Virus record (IMG/VR): IMGVR_UViG_3300036859_000726
Span: 3,239 to 67,238 of that record
DNA length: 64,000 bases
Direction: 5' to 3' (one strand)
Source: a virus
In this document: positions 1 through 8,884 of the stretch, piece by piece
How positions within the stretch are numbered: position 1 is the stretch's first letter
How the letters are laid out: each line of letters opens with the position of its first letter
Made by a program: the position numbers and the translations under genes
The notes under the pieces: model-generated
What the model saw: only the letters and a program-made list of their open reading frames with translations
What the model was told of the DNA's origin: nothing
Databases searched by the model: none

Positions 1-22
1 GACCAAGAGCACAAAAGCCAAG

Positions 23-250
23 ATGCGCAAGGGTGCGTGGTCGCCTGAAGCCAGAGCCAAGGCTGCGGCAACTCGTGCTATCACAATGGCTCGGAAGGCA
101 AACATGGTTCCGAACACGCAGGATGCGATGGCATACTTGCTGAAAGTCGAGTCGGCGATCATCAAGAAATACGCAAAGGGCGCGAAACGCATTGAAGCCG
201 CAGACACGCTGTCGATGCTCGCTCTCCACGCCCTGCGCGGCGAGATATGA
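23..250 (+). CDS. Hypothetical early protein (frame is open to the window start, may be N-terminally truncated)
   Basis: 75-aa ORF; its stop overlaps the next ATG (ATGA). Confidence 0.55.
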   Translation: MRKGAWSPEARAKAAATRAITMARKANMVPNTQDAMAYLLKVESAIIKKYAKGAKRIEAADTLSMLALHALRGEI

Positions 251-414
251 TCGGCAAGCATTGCGGAGTGCGCCTCATTCGCACAACGACTGATTATGTC
301 GGTCATGCAGGCAAACTTCACAAGTGGAAGTGCGGAGTCTGTGGCGCCAAATTCGAGCAAAAGACAAGGCGCAAAGGCATCAAGAATGTTCGAAAGGCGA
401 AAACCTCATATTAG
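247..414 (+). CDS. Small Zn-ribbon-like protein
   Basis: Read manually: MIGKHCGVRL...KWKCGVCGAKF; ATGA coupling with the upstream gene. Confidence 0.5.
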   Translation: MIGKHCGVRLIRTTTDYVGHAGKLHKWKCGVCGAKFEQKTRRKGIKNVRKAKTSY

Positions 415-555
415 ATTGTTTCACAAACGACCCAACGGAGGCGCTTGGATCGCGATTATAAGTTGGGGAAAGAAACGCGAATGGTCATCAATACAGGTCA
501 CAGTTGGCCTGTATGCTGATATTCGAGATTTGTATTCTGCGGTTGAGAGACTACC

Positions 556-720
556 ATGAAAGATGAGAAGCCCTGGCTGAACGGCAAACCCTACTATTGC
601 GAGAGTTGCGGACTCGGTGGTGGAGAGGTGCAGGCTTGCGAGGATGGTCCTTGCGAAATGGAATCTGAAGAAAAGGCAATGGCCAGGAAACTTGAACATG
701 AAAGCAGGAAGCCGAGATGA
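556..720 (+). CDS. Small Cys-rich hypothetical protein
   Basis: MKDEKPWLNGKPYYCESCG...; ATGA coupling at both ends. Confidence 0.5.
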   Translation: MKDEKPWLNGKPYYCESCGLGGGEVQACEDGPCEMESEEKAMARKLEHESRKPR

Positions 721-1229
721 CTGAAGAGCTCGCTGAACCTCGAAAGGTTCGCCTCTCCCGTCAATCGATTAGCGGCATTCCTGCAGCTGCGTTGCTCGCT
801 TGGTATAACAAGCATGCGGGCATGGGCTTCGATATTCCAGCTGGTCGTTGGACGCGCTCCGAGCTGCAATCCAGATGCATGAACCTCCTAGATGAGAACG
901 GCTACTTGCGCTGGGCTACGCCAAACGGCGGGAAGCGCAAAGTCTTGCCAATGGTCACCATTCCTGACGATATGGAAATGGAGAGAATGTCAGACGCAGA
1001 CGTTGCATTGGCTGCAACGGGGCGCGGCGTATATAAGGTCACGTTTGATGGTGCAACATACTCATCACCTCGCGCGGCACTGAACGCCGCGGGTCTGCTT
1101 GAGGTGAAGGGAGGCAAACTCCGCAGAGCAATGCGTGAGGCCAAAGGTGCACCATTTGTGTTCATGGGCAAGAACTTCAAGCAAGAAGACTATGACCCAG
1201 AGCTCCATCATACAAAGGAAGATGACTGA
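717..1229 (+). CDS. Putative DNA-binding protein, paralog A (C-terminal YxSPRxALxAAGL domain)
   Basis: VTFDGATYSSPRAALNAAGLLEVKG shared with the genes at 1392 and 15620; resembles NUMOD1-type HTH motifs. Confidence 0.7.
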   Translation: MTEELAEPRKVRLSRQSISGIPAAALLAWYNKHAGMGFDIPAGRWTRSELQSRCMNLLDENGYLRWATPNGGKRKVLPMVTIPDDMEMERMSDADVALAATGRGVYKVTFDGATYSSPRAALNAAGLLEVKGGKLRRAMREAKGAPFVFMGKNFKQEDYDPELHHTKEDD

Positions 1230-1391
1230 TGCAGTTTGGCCCCTGCAAAACGGTGCCAACGCAGGTCAGAAACCGCTTTACCTGCGTCGTAGGCCAGGGT
1301 ATAGTCAATCCACTGGTACGGCGAGCGGAGTTTAGGTCGCCAACCGGGATTGTCTCAACTACCGAGTCAAACGACTCAAAGGAAGTGTATC

Positions 1392-1751
1392 ATGGCGAAG
1401 AAGAACAAGCCCCAGGCCGAAGCGCCTGTGGAAGCGGAAGTGGCCGAAACTGCACCGACCGAGGGTGTGGAAGTGCTGGACGACAAGGGCGAGAAGGCTC
1501 CCCGCGTCGTGACGCGCTACGGCGTCGAATACGACGGCAACGAGTACACCTCGCCGCGCAAGGCTCTGGATGCCGCCGGTCTGACCGCCGTCAAGGGCTC
1601 GCGTCTGCGTGCTCGCTTCAAGAAGGCCGGCAACGTGGTCGGCACCGAAGTCGAGTACGAGGGCAAGAAGTTCAAGTACATCGAGGTGCCTGCATCGGCC
1701 GAAGTCGACAACGACGAGACCGACGAGCCGGAGGAGACCAACGAAGACTGA
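1392..1751 (+). CDS. Putative DNA-binding protein, paralog B
   Basis: VEYDGNEYTSPRKALDAAGLTAVKG; strongly biased codon usage; SD-like aaggaag upstream; terminator downstream. Confidence 0.8.
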   Translation: MAKKNKPQAEAPVEAEVAETAPTEGVEVLDDKGEKAPRVVTRYGVEYDGNEYTSPRKALDAAGLTAVKGSRLRARFKKAGNVVGTEVEYEGKKFKYIEVPASAEVDNDETDEPEETNED

Positions 1752-1781
1752 GCGCACTGAGCTCAGCCCTTGTGGTACTGG

Positions 1782-1815
1782 AAGGGCGCGTCGGTATTGG
1801 CGCGCCCTTTCTTTT
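1782..1815 (+). terminator. Rho-independent terminator
   Basis: aagggcgcg / cgcgccctt stem followed by tctttt. Confidence 0.7.
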
Positions 1816-1829
1816 GGACAGGAGTAATC

Positions 1830-2123
1830 ATGAACAAGTCAAGATCGAAATGGGAAATTGTCAGCGTCGGCCTGAACAACGGAGCTGATCTGGTCCTCAT
1901 TCGTGACCTCGATCAAGGTCTGAGCGTCACTAATGACGCAGAGAATGTTGTTCAAGATTTGCTCGAATGGCGTAAGAGAGAGTTCACAGATCACGGCATG
2001 AACCTCGACCGCAGGATGGTGATTCACTACATCGACACGATGGGCGAGCGTGCTGAACTCATGCATGACGGTGTTGCATTCATGGGCTTCAAGATGATTG
2101 ACCAAGAACACGAGGAGGGGTGA
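1830..2123 (+). CDS. Conserved phage hypothetical protein
   Basis: SVTNDAENVV...IHYIDTMG...FMGF pattern typical of a small phage family; SD aggag. Confidence 0.7.
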   Translation: MNKSRSKWEIVSVGLNNGADLVLIRDLDQGLSVTNDAENVVQDLLEWRKREFTDHGMNLDRRMVIHYIDTMGERAELMHDGVAFMGFKMIDQEHEEG

Positions 2124-2440
2124 TGGGCGGCAGAATACCGAAGAGAGCACAGCGAGAAATCGACAAAGCAAACATAGCTTCAGCTGCGCGGCGCACTAAG
2201 CACCTGGATGCTATTGCCAACGTTCCTGTGCCGCGAGTGATGGACAGCAACACACCTCGCAACATCATGAATCTGCATGAAGTCTACTTCAACGATGAAT
2301 TGCAGATGCTGTGCACCGTTGCTGACGTGAATGCTGGTTGCATCATTCGCTGGAACAAGGGCAAGGGAAATCATCCTGCCAAGGATGCAGAGCTCGAGCG
2401 CCTGTTCGGCAAGGTGGAGATCAGGCGCAAACGTCTCTGA
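2120..2440 (+). CDS. Hypothetical protein
   Basis: Coupled ORF with ggagg SD. Confidence 0.6.
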   Translation: MMGGRIPKRAQREIDKANIASAARRTKHLDAIANVPVPRVMDSNTPRNIMNLHEVYFNDELQMLCTVADVNAGCIIRWNKGKGNHPAKDAELERLFGKVEIRRKRL

Positions 2441-2454
2441 CCCTCGAAAAGCGC

Positions 2455-2484
2455 CATACGTATGCGCTCCGGGCGGGCGATACT
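2455..2484 (+). promoter_or_regulatory. Possible promoter (CATACG-N18-GATACT)
   Basis: Intergenic; same CATACG element as at 6964. Confidence 0.3.
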
Positions 2485-2505
2485 AGCTGCAGGTAACGGG
2501 AGACC

Positions 2506-2970
2506 TTGATGCCAAAAGCAAAACTACCACCAGACGCATCGTTCCACGCCTTTCAAGAATTCGACATCAAGAGGCTAGAGCAGGCAGAAACCAACGATTG
2601 TGCAGTGCGCGCAGTCTCTGCGGCGACCAAGATCCCTTATGAAGAAGTGCTGCTATGCTTCAAGCTATGCGGCAGGCGCTCTCGAAAGAGCACGCAGACC
2701 AACATAACGTGGGCTGTCCTTCAGCAATTCGGCTACAGCTACACGGCTGTATGCCTATCTGACTTCAACCCTCCGTCGAGGGCTGCTCGCGGCAAGCACG
2801 GCATAACAAGCCACCACCCTGATCGCTTCCCGCATATGTGGAAGGGCAAGGGCACATTCCTGTGCTTCAGCCAGGGGCACGTCTGGGCAGTTGTTGACGG
2901 CACCGTCATTGACTGGAGCCGCGGCAAGTCTCTGCGCGTCAGACACATCGCGAGGATCGAGAAGCTATGA
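2506..2970 (+). CDS. Phage protein with possible papain-like Cys/His dyad
   Basis: NDCAVRAVSAAT ... GHVWAVVDGTVIDW. Confidence 0.6.
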   Translation: MMPKAKLPPDASFHAFQEFDIKRLEQAETNDCAVRAVSAATKIPYEEVLLCFKLCGRRSRKSTQTNITWAVLQQFGYSYTAVCLSDFNPPSRAARGKHGITSHHPDRFPHMWKGKGTFLCFSQGHVWAVVDGTVIDWSRGKSLRVRHIARIEKL

Positions 2971-3164
2971 AAGAACACGATCGCGTTCGCATCAAGTCTG
3001 GCCGCCTCAAGGGTTGCAAGGGCGACATCCTCGAGATCGTTGCAGATGAAGACATGGAGGCATATCGCGTTGCGCTCGTTGAAGTCACGCCTGAAGCCCA
3101 CACCCGCGGATATCGCGTTGAGGACAGCGTCGACATGGATCGTCATGAACTGGAGCCAACGTGA
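2967..3164 (+). CDS. KOW-motif small protein
   Basis: DRVRIKSGRLKGCKGDILEI. Confidence 0.55.
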   Translation: MKEHDRVRIKSGRLKGCKGDILEIVADEDMEAYRVALVEVTPEAHTRGYRVEDSVDMDRHELEPT

Positions 3165-4237
3165 ACATCTTCAAGAAGGTGTATGAACTCCCGCTGGGTC
3201 GCCAGTATGTTCGACATTGGGGCATGACAGAGGCGATTCGAGAGATCCTTCAGAATGCCCTCGACAGTGAGTCACCCTTCGAATACGAGCTGACAGATGA
3301 TACCCTCAAAGTGCACAGCAAGTACACTACGCTCACGCCAGCAACGCTTCTGCTGGGTCAGACTACCAAAGCCGAAGCCACCGACAAGATCGGGTCATTT
3401 GGCGAGGGATACAAGATTGCACTACTGGTGCTCGCGCGATCTGAGTACAACGTTCGCGTCCTGAACGGCGACCGCATATGGACTCCCACATTCAAGATGA
3501 GCAGGCAGTTCGAAGCGGAAGTGCTCGTCATTGAGGACACATCATGCCCGGAGCTGCCCAACGAGGGGCTCACCTTCGAAGTTCGAGGATTGAGTCCAGG
3601 TGATGTCGCGTCGATCCGCGAGAGCTGTTTGCAGATGCAGTCACATGTCGGCGAGTGCATGAAGACTCAGTATGGGCGCATTCTCCGAGAGCGTCCAGGG
3701 AAGCTCTATGTTGGCGGCCTGTATGTCTGCGACACAGAGCTCCAGTTCGGCTACGACATCTTGCCGCAATACTTGAAGCTCGAGCGCGATCGCCAGACGG
3801 TCAGCAACTGGGACCTCCAGGACCGCACCAAGGAGATGTGGTTCGACACAGAGCGATATGAAGAAATCGCTCAGCTCCTAGCCGACAAGTGCAAGGACCT
3901 TGACTATGCGGAGTATGGCGCACCTGACATGGTCAAGGAAGCCTGCTACAGACACTTCAAGGAGAAGCACCCTGGCGCTGTGGTAGCCAGAGATCAGGAC
4001 GAGCTCGAGAAGTTCGTCAAGCAGGGCATGGAGCGCGTCGTCGTTGTCGGCGGCGCATATGGGTCTGCAGTCAGAGGCTCAGGATCATACAACTCAACTC
4101 ACGTTCCGCGGCGCATACAAACGCCGCGTGAAGTCCTGGAGCTGTGGTACGAGGCGAATAAGAAGAGCATGCTTCGCCCAGCAAAGGACAGCTTCCAACA
4201 CTTGCTTGAGAAGGCAGACAAATGGAAAGAAAGATGA
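3161..4237 (+). CDS. GHKL (HATPase) family ATPase, RIIA-N-like
   Basis: EAIREILQNALD (N box) and IGSFGEGYKIALL (G box). Confidence 0.8.
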   Translation: MNIFKKVYELPLGRQYVRHWGMTEAIREILQNALDSESPFEYELTDDTLKVHSKYTTLTPATLLLGQTTKAEATDKIGSFGEGYKIALLVLARSEYNVRVLNGDRIWTPTFKMSRQFEAEVLVIEDTSCPELPNEGLTFEVRGLSPGDVASIRESCLQMQSHVGECMKTQYGRILRERPGKLYVGGLYVCDTELQFGYDILPQYLKLERDRQTVSNWDLQDRTKEMWFDTERYEEIAQLLADKCKDLDYAEYGAPDMVKEACYRHFKEKHPGAVVARDQDELEKFVKQGMERVVVVGGAYGSAVRGSGSYNSTHVPRRIQTPREVLELWYEANKKSMLRPAKDSFQHLLEKADKWKER

Positions 4238-4494
4238 GGCTGTTCCACGAGAACTTCGGAGGCAACCTCCATGAGGTCTCCGAGATCATCAATAAGCACT
4301 GTCCAGAGATCATACCTGGCATCATCGTGATGGACTACGGCACCAACTACACTGTAGTTGTTTATCGAGCTAAGAAGCAGCACCCGTTCTTCGTGCGCAA
4401 ACCGATTGACCCAAAGGATAGCTTCATCGGTCTCGGTCTGCCGCCTCTTGACTCAATCAGAAGCAACGACCCTGAGTCAGATGGATTCGGCTAA
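4234..4494 (+). CDS. Hypothetical protein
   Basis: ATGA-coupled ORF. Confidence 0.55.
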   Translation: MRLFHENFGGNLHEVSEIINKHCPEIIPGIIVMDYGTNYTVVVYRAKKQHPFFVRKPIDPKDSFIGLGLPPLDSIRSNDPESDGFG

Positions 4495-4829
4495 TGAGAA
4501 AGAAGCAAGACATCGTCATTCGAGCTAATGACTTCTCTCGACTCGAGCCTGTAGTCACGAATCAAAGAACCGGGGCAGCAAGGTGGCTACATCGCTGCGA
4601 CGCCATTCGCGACATTGACTACAACAATGACTGCATTGAGGGTGCAAAGTCTCTGGAGTATTTCAGATGTCACCTACGAGCGAAGTTCAAGGTTGGTGCA
4701 TACAAGCTGTGCGTGCGACACGCGGCGATCCTGGCTCTCGACAAGATGCTGGGTGAGAAACCTGAAATGACCTTCTGGCCGGATGGAGGCACGAAGGAAG
4801 CTCTGCAGAACAGATTGAGGAGAAGATGA
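4494..4829 (+). CDS. Hypothetical protein
   Basis: TAATG-coupled ORF. Confidence 0.55.
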   Translation: MRKKQDIVIRANDFSRLEPVVTNQRTGAARWLHRCDAIRDIDYNNDCIEGAKSLEYFRCHLRAKFKVGAYKLCVRHAAILALDKMLGEKPEMTFWPDGGTKEALQNRLRRR

Positions 4830-5008
4830 TGTTCAAGTTCATAGCCAAATTGTTCGCACCCAAGGCTCCTCGTGAGCTCATCTTCGTTTCATATTCGAAG
4901 GCCAACGACATGCTCCTCAAGAAAGAGGGGTGGCGCCTTGCTCCAGAAGAGGACAAGAATCGTGTGCCTGGTATGGTGTGGCTTGAAAGACCAGGCAAGA
5001 AAGACTAG
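4826..5008 (+). CDS. Hypothetical protein
   Basis: Coupled ORF with SD gagga. Confidence 0.5.
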   Translation: MMFKFIAKLFAPKAPRELIFVSYSKANDMLLKKEGWRLAPEEDKNRVPGMVWLERPGKKD

Positions 5009-5037
5009 CGCGGCAAATGTGAACGGGGTATAATAGG

Positions 5038-5364
5038 ATGGCTCTCCTCCTTCTATTTGTGATTTGTATTATCTTTCCTGTAGCTGGGGTAGTGCTACTT
5101 CTTCTCTGGGCTTTTGCAGGAGTGATGTCGTTGTTGAGCGCAGTCGTTGAGTCAATCCTTCACACTCGATTCCTCGTGGATGAGGCTAGGTCGCCGCGCA
5201 TGGCACGTCGAGCAACGATCCGCGTTCCTTCGATCAAGGGCACAAAGCTGCAGCCCATACTTAATGTAGTCGTTCATGAGCTTGCGCGACTCATTATGAT
5301 CTTGTGCGTTTGTTCCGTCATAGCGATCACCATCGCTATCGTCTACGTTCGCGTATTCTCGTAG
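5038..5364 (+). CDS. Membrane protein (2-3 TM segments)
   Basis: Long hydrophobic stretches at both termini; TATAAT just upstream. Confidence 0.55.
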   Translation: MALLLLFVICIIFPVAGVVLLLLWAFAGVMSLLSAVVESILHTRFLVDEARSPRMARRATIRVPSIKGTKLQPILNVVVHELARLIMILCVCSVIAITIAIVYVRVFS

Positions 5365-5588
5365 GTCACATTTGATTACCAAGGACGACTTGGAGTACAT
5401 GGCGCGCAATTTGCTGTCAAAAGCGAAAATGCAGCACAAGAAACTCACGCGTGTGCGCCCATCCAGAGACAGACCGATCGAGCCAGGAATGCAAAGGCAC
5501 ATGGTTGAGGATATCGCACGCTGCAGAAGGCTCGCGGCGGAGCTGAGAAAGATTGCGCAGGTTTACCACATCATTCCGGGAGTGAAGT

Positions 5589-6416
5589 ATGAAGAAAATC
5601 CTTTGGCTGGCCCTTCTGTTCGTCGCACAGGCACAGGCGGCTGAGGTCTGGACCCGCACAGCTACTGAGGGTCAAGGGCTGACATTCAACAGATATCCTG
5701 TCACCATGCGCTATGGCGACATCGGAACGAACATCTGGGTGATCAAGACATTCACAGGTCCGCCGCCTGCCGGAACTGCATATGGCTGCAACAATGAAAC
5801 CTTCACAGACCCGCTCATCGGGACGCAAAAGGCGTGCTGGGAGAAGGTCGTGTATGACGGCTTCGCATGCCTGCCGGATGTAGTTCTGCCGGCCAAGGTC
5901 AAGACGGTCGCTGTTCCGCCAGAGCAATGGAGCGGCTACAGCAATGTAAGCGCCTGGACTTGCGCGCTTCCATCTGGCGACTACAAGAACGAACGCTCTA
6001 TTTGGAATCTGGATGAGATTCGCGTCTTCCTGGAACAGGCAATACGCAAGCAGTTTGACGAGGCAGGCGCAAAGGAGTGGTGTAAGACGCATTGTGAGCC
6101 GATGGGCCCAGACCTGACCGGAAGGGCTTCGACGCTTATGGATGCGTATGCAGCGAAGGCCAAGGTCACTGCATCAGGAACAGCGACGAGTCGCCCTGTG
6201 TATCCTCTCAATGCAGATGGTACAAGGAACACGACTGCTGTTGTTGGGCAGAGAGTCAAGGTTGGAGACTCCTGTGATATCGGAGCTCGCGTCGGCACTA
6301 CCACATACTACAGTGTGAAGGGTTTGCCGAACATGGACACCAAGAAGACGCCAGCAATCCTCGGTGACGTCTACGCCGCATGCACATTCAGCGCACCAAT
6401 CGGAGTCAACGAATGA
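5589..6416 (+). CDS. Secreted protein with SUEL/rhamnose-binding-lectin-like motif
   Basis: Sec signal MKKILWLALLFVAQAQA; MRYG...GCNNETFTDPLIGTQKACW; several Cys. Confidence 0.65.
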   Translation: MKKILWLALLFVAQAQAAEVWTRTATEGQGLTFNRYPVTMRYGDIGTNIWVIKTFTGPPPAGTAYGCNNETFTDPLIGTQKACWEKVVYDGFACLPDVVLPAKVKTVAVPPEQWSGYSNVSAWTCALPSGDYKNERSIWNLDEIRVFLEQAIRKQFDEAGAKEWCKTHCEPMGPDLTGRASTLMDAYAAKAKVTASGTATSRPVYPLNADGTRNTTAVVGQRVKVGDSCDIGARVGTTTYYSVKGLPNMDTKKTPAILGDVYAACTFSAPIGVNE

Positions 6417-6853
6417 AAGCTCTACTCGCCTCTCTTGCTCTGCTTGCGTTTGCAGCCTCGGCAGCGGAATACGTGCCGATCGGCGCATATGGCGATCCGC
6501 TCGCGCCGGGCACTGGACTCACAGTGGACAACACAGGAAAGACCACGCTACTGTGCGGCTTCATCATGGTAGGCATGTCTGGGGTGTACAGCTTCGATGC
6601 TACGCCATCAGCAAAGGTATGGATTGACAGGGAGCTTGTCGTCCATTACGTCGAGATCACTAAGGGTCAGCACTCCATCATAGTGGAGATCCCGAAGACC
6701 AAGAAGGCGCTGACTCTCCAATGGCAAGTGCCTGCTTTGGTTACAGAGAATGTGCCGACAAAGTATCTGTATCCAAAGATGTCGTCGAATCTGCCTGGTT
6801 GTCAAAAGCCGGAAGTGCAGCCCGCGGCGCCCGTACTACGCGCCCCGCTATAG
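6413..6853 (+). CDS. Secreted hypothetical protein
   Basis: Sec signal MKALLASLALLAFAASA; ATGA-coupled to the upstream gene. Confidence 0.7.
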   Translation: MKALLASLALLAFAASAAEYVPIGAYGDPLAPGTGLTVDNTGKTTLLCGFIMVGMSGVYSFDATPSAKVWIDRELVVHYVEITKGQHSIIVEIPKTKKALTLQWQVPALVTENVPTKYLYPKMSSNLPGCQKPEVQPAAPVLRAPL

Positions 6854-6950
6854 CCTGTAAACGCTGTAGGACGCTGAATAAGGCTGACTCAGCAGTTATT
6901 TCGTGAACAAGGTAGCTAGGTAAGGGGTAGACCGTCATTTGCTATTAGGC
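6851..6950 (+). repeat. 100-bp degenerate repeat, copy 1
   Basis: 66/100 ungapped identities by hand with 15341-15440; contains palindrome GCTGACTCAGC. Confidence 0.7.
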
Positions 6951-6963
6951 TCTTAAAAACAGC

Positions 6964-6992
6964 CATACGACTGCCTCCTATCGGCCTATAAT
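6964..6992 (+). promoter_or_regulatory. Possible promoter (CATACG-N17-TATAAT)
   Basis: Perfect -10 in an intergenic region with 17-bp spacing. Confidence 0.5.
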
Positions 6993-7524
6993 AAAGCTAC
7001 GCAGTAAGGCGTGCAGGGAGTTGGAAGTGGCGAAGTCTGAACAGGCCGATCCTATTTGCAAGCTGGTTAATGCCTTACGGCAAACTTTCAAATACGAAGG
7101 TGGAGTCATCTTCAGACCTTTATTTGACGGCAGAATTCAAGTGCTGCCGTCTTTTCACATCACGCTATTCCCTGTGATGGAAGCTGAGAATGAGTTGATG
7201 AGTACCGGGTCTGCGCCTTTGGACCCAAAATGATCGATACTGCCCGGAATAAGTTGCTCAGGCATAACCATCGAGTTGGCCTCACAGTTACAGGGACGGT
7301 ATGCAGAGTGGCCCGCGCACAACCAGACTCGGTACTCATCTACTTATGAACTACAAATGTGTTCGCAGGAATTGCTTCATTCGCGTCGAGACAGAAGGCG
7401 ATGCATGCTTCAGATGCAAAGAAGTGCAATCTCGAAGGCTGAATGAGCAAATGAGGATTGAGAAGGCACTTGGCAGAACGCTGCGAGAAGTTTCAGGATA
7501 TGGCCCTCCAACAGGAAGACTCAA

Positions 7525-7710
7525 GTGAGCTCCAAATTGTTCGCCATGAATGTATCCATCATCAAAAAGGATATCGGGCCTGCCACACTTAATTGTGAAG
7601 TCGCTGCTCCTGATATGCTAACAGCAATCAACTACACGCTTCAGAGGCTCGCGGAAGAAACCGCTGTTGCTCTGTACTTTCATAGCGTGATTGAGAAGGT
7701 GCCGAGTTGA
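7525..7710 (+). CDS. Hypothetical protein
   Basis: GTGA-coupled ORF ending just before the tRNA-like element. Confidence 0.4.
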   Translation: MSSKLFAMNVSIIKKDIGPATLNCEVAAPDMLTAINYTLQRLAEETAVALYFHSVIEKVPS

Positions 7711-7715
7711 TTTAT

Positions 7716-7910
7716 TGCGGAATAGCTCAGGGGTCAACTGCAGGCGCATCGACGGGTGCGCTGCTGCAGTGAGCGGGATCGAAAATCGTAGACCAGCTGG
7801 CGGGTGCATAGCCTGGGTGCAAACGCTTTGGACGAACCGAGAATCGTGAACGTGAGAGCGCCAGCCTGATAAGCTGGAGGTCGAGGGTTCGAGTCCTTCT
7901 TCCGCTACCA
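7716..7910 (+). tRNA. tRNA-Ile(GAT)-like RNA with a ~127-nt expanded D-loop
   Basis: Acceptor TGCGGAA(7716-22)/TTCCGCT(7900-06); U8A9; D-stem GCTC(7725-28)/GAGC(7856-59); anticodon arm CCAGC-CTGATAA-GCTGG; variable AGGTC; T arm GAGGG-TTCGAGT-CCTTC; A73 and encoded CCA. Confidence 0.8.
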
Positions 7911-7923
7911 TTGAGGAGTTGTC

Positions 7924-8577
7924 ATGTGGGTTGAGATTGTACCAAGACGAGCAGACTTCTGCGGAAGTCCACCTTGCCCCTATTGCTACAATTGGAAGGA
8001 TGGTCCAGACTCGCAGGTCGTGCCTGGCATGTACAAGTTCACTCTTGATATGCTCAACTCGTCGCCCGAGTCTCTGAAGAAGGGCCAGCTGAAGGAGCTT
8101 GAAGCGCTCGCCAAGAAGGTTCACGACGACAAGGTGGCAGCCAAGTCGGCGCCAAAGGTTGAGCCGCCAGAACTTGACGCAGTTGATATCGGCATGAGCC
8201 TGTCAACGCGCATAAACCGCATGCTAAGCCTGAATCGTCCAGTGAAGAAGGTTGAGCCTCGTTTGCCGACTGTGGATGAGGTGTTCGCAAGGCAGGCAGA
8301 GCGAGAGGAAAAGCTGCAGGCTGAATCAAAGGTCAAACAAGAGCGCATAGAAGCTGCTCGTGAGATCGCTCAGGTGCTCGCGCAGGTCAATCAGGAGAGC
8401 AAAGCAAGAGAAGGGCGCTATCTCCTTAACGATATCCCTCCTGATTTCGTGCGCTACTGCCAACGAGCCGGTATGGATGATCCAATAGAGATTGCGGAGC
8501 GCTGGCGCTACGAGAATGGACAGCGAGAAGCCTCTCGTTACATGGTTGGTTCCAGGGGTAAGGATCGATACTTCTAA
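7924..8577 (+). CDS. Hypothetical protein (N-terminal CxxC, coiled coil)
   Basis: 217-aa ORF with SD gaggag. Confidence 0.65.
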   Translation: MWVEIVPRRADFCGSPPCPYCYNWKDGPDSQVVPGMYKFTLDMLNSSPESLKKGQLKELEALAKKVHDDKVAAKSAPKVEPPELDAVDIGMSLSTRINRMLSLNRPVKKVEPRLPTVDEVFARQAEREEKLQAESKVKQERIEAAREIAQVLAQVNQESKAREGRYLLNDIPPDFVRYCQRAGMDDPIEIAERWRYENGQREASRYMVGSRGKDRYF

Positions 8578-8590
8578 CAGCGAGGTTGAC

Positions 8591-8884
8591 ATGGCGATGA
8601 CGAATATGGGGCTCTCGAAGCTCACCGAAGAGATGGGCGAGTGCGGCCAGATCATAGGCAAGATGCTACAGTATCCTGACCTGATGATGGACAACGCAAA
8701 GAGTCACCCAGACGGAACGAACCTGCGGCGTCGGCTTGAGGAGGAAATGGCTGACACCCTCGCCGCCATCCGCTTCGCTTCTATGAAGATGGACCTTGAC
8801 ATCTCACGCATCTTCGCGAGGCAGGTTGAGAAGGAGCAGCTGTTCAATCAGTGGGACAGAGGCGACGATAAGGAGCCGACATGA
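8591..8884 (+). CDS. MazG-like NTP pyrophosphohydrolase
   Basis: KLTEEMGECGQ ... LEEEMADTLAA (EExxE / EExxD). Confidence 0.7.
   Translation: MAMTNMGLSKLTEEMGECGQIIGKMLQYPDLMMDNAKSHPDGTNLRRRLEEEMADTLAAIRFASMKMDLDISRIFARQVEKEQLFNQWDRGDDKEPT

Noticed and set aside
1229-1888. 219-aa ORF, and other long alternative-frame or antisense ORFs (e.g. 27168-28046, 39068-39985, 42510-43424, 20988-21833)
   Set aside because: These are shadows of better-supported genes in a GC-rich genome, with no motifs or SD sequences.
7716-7910. tmRNA or attP-type tRNA fragment
   Set aside because: tmRNA lacks a D-stem and anticodon arm, and both are present here. An attP remnant would hold only the 3' half, but a matching 5' acceptor strand and D-stem exist, and no integrase is in the window.
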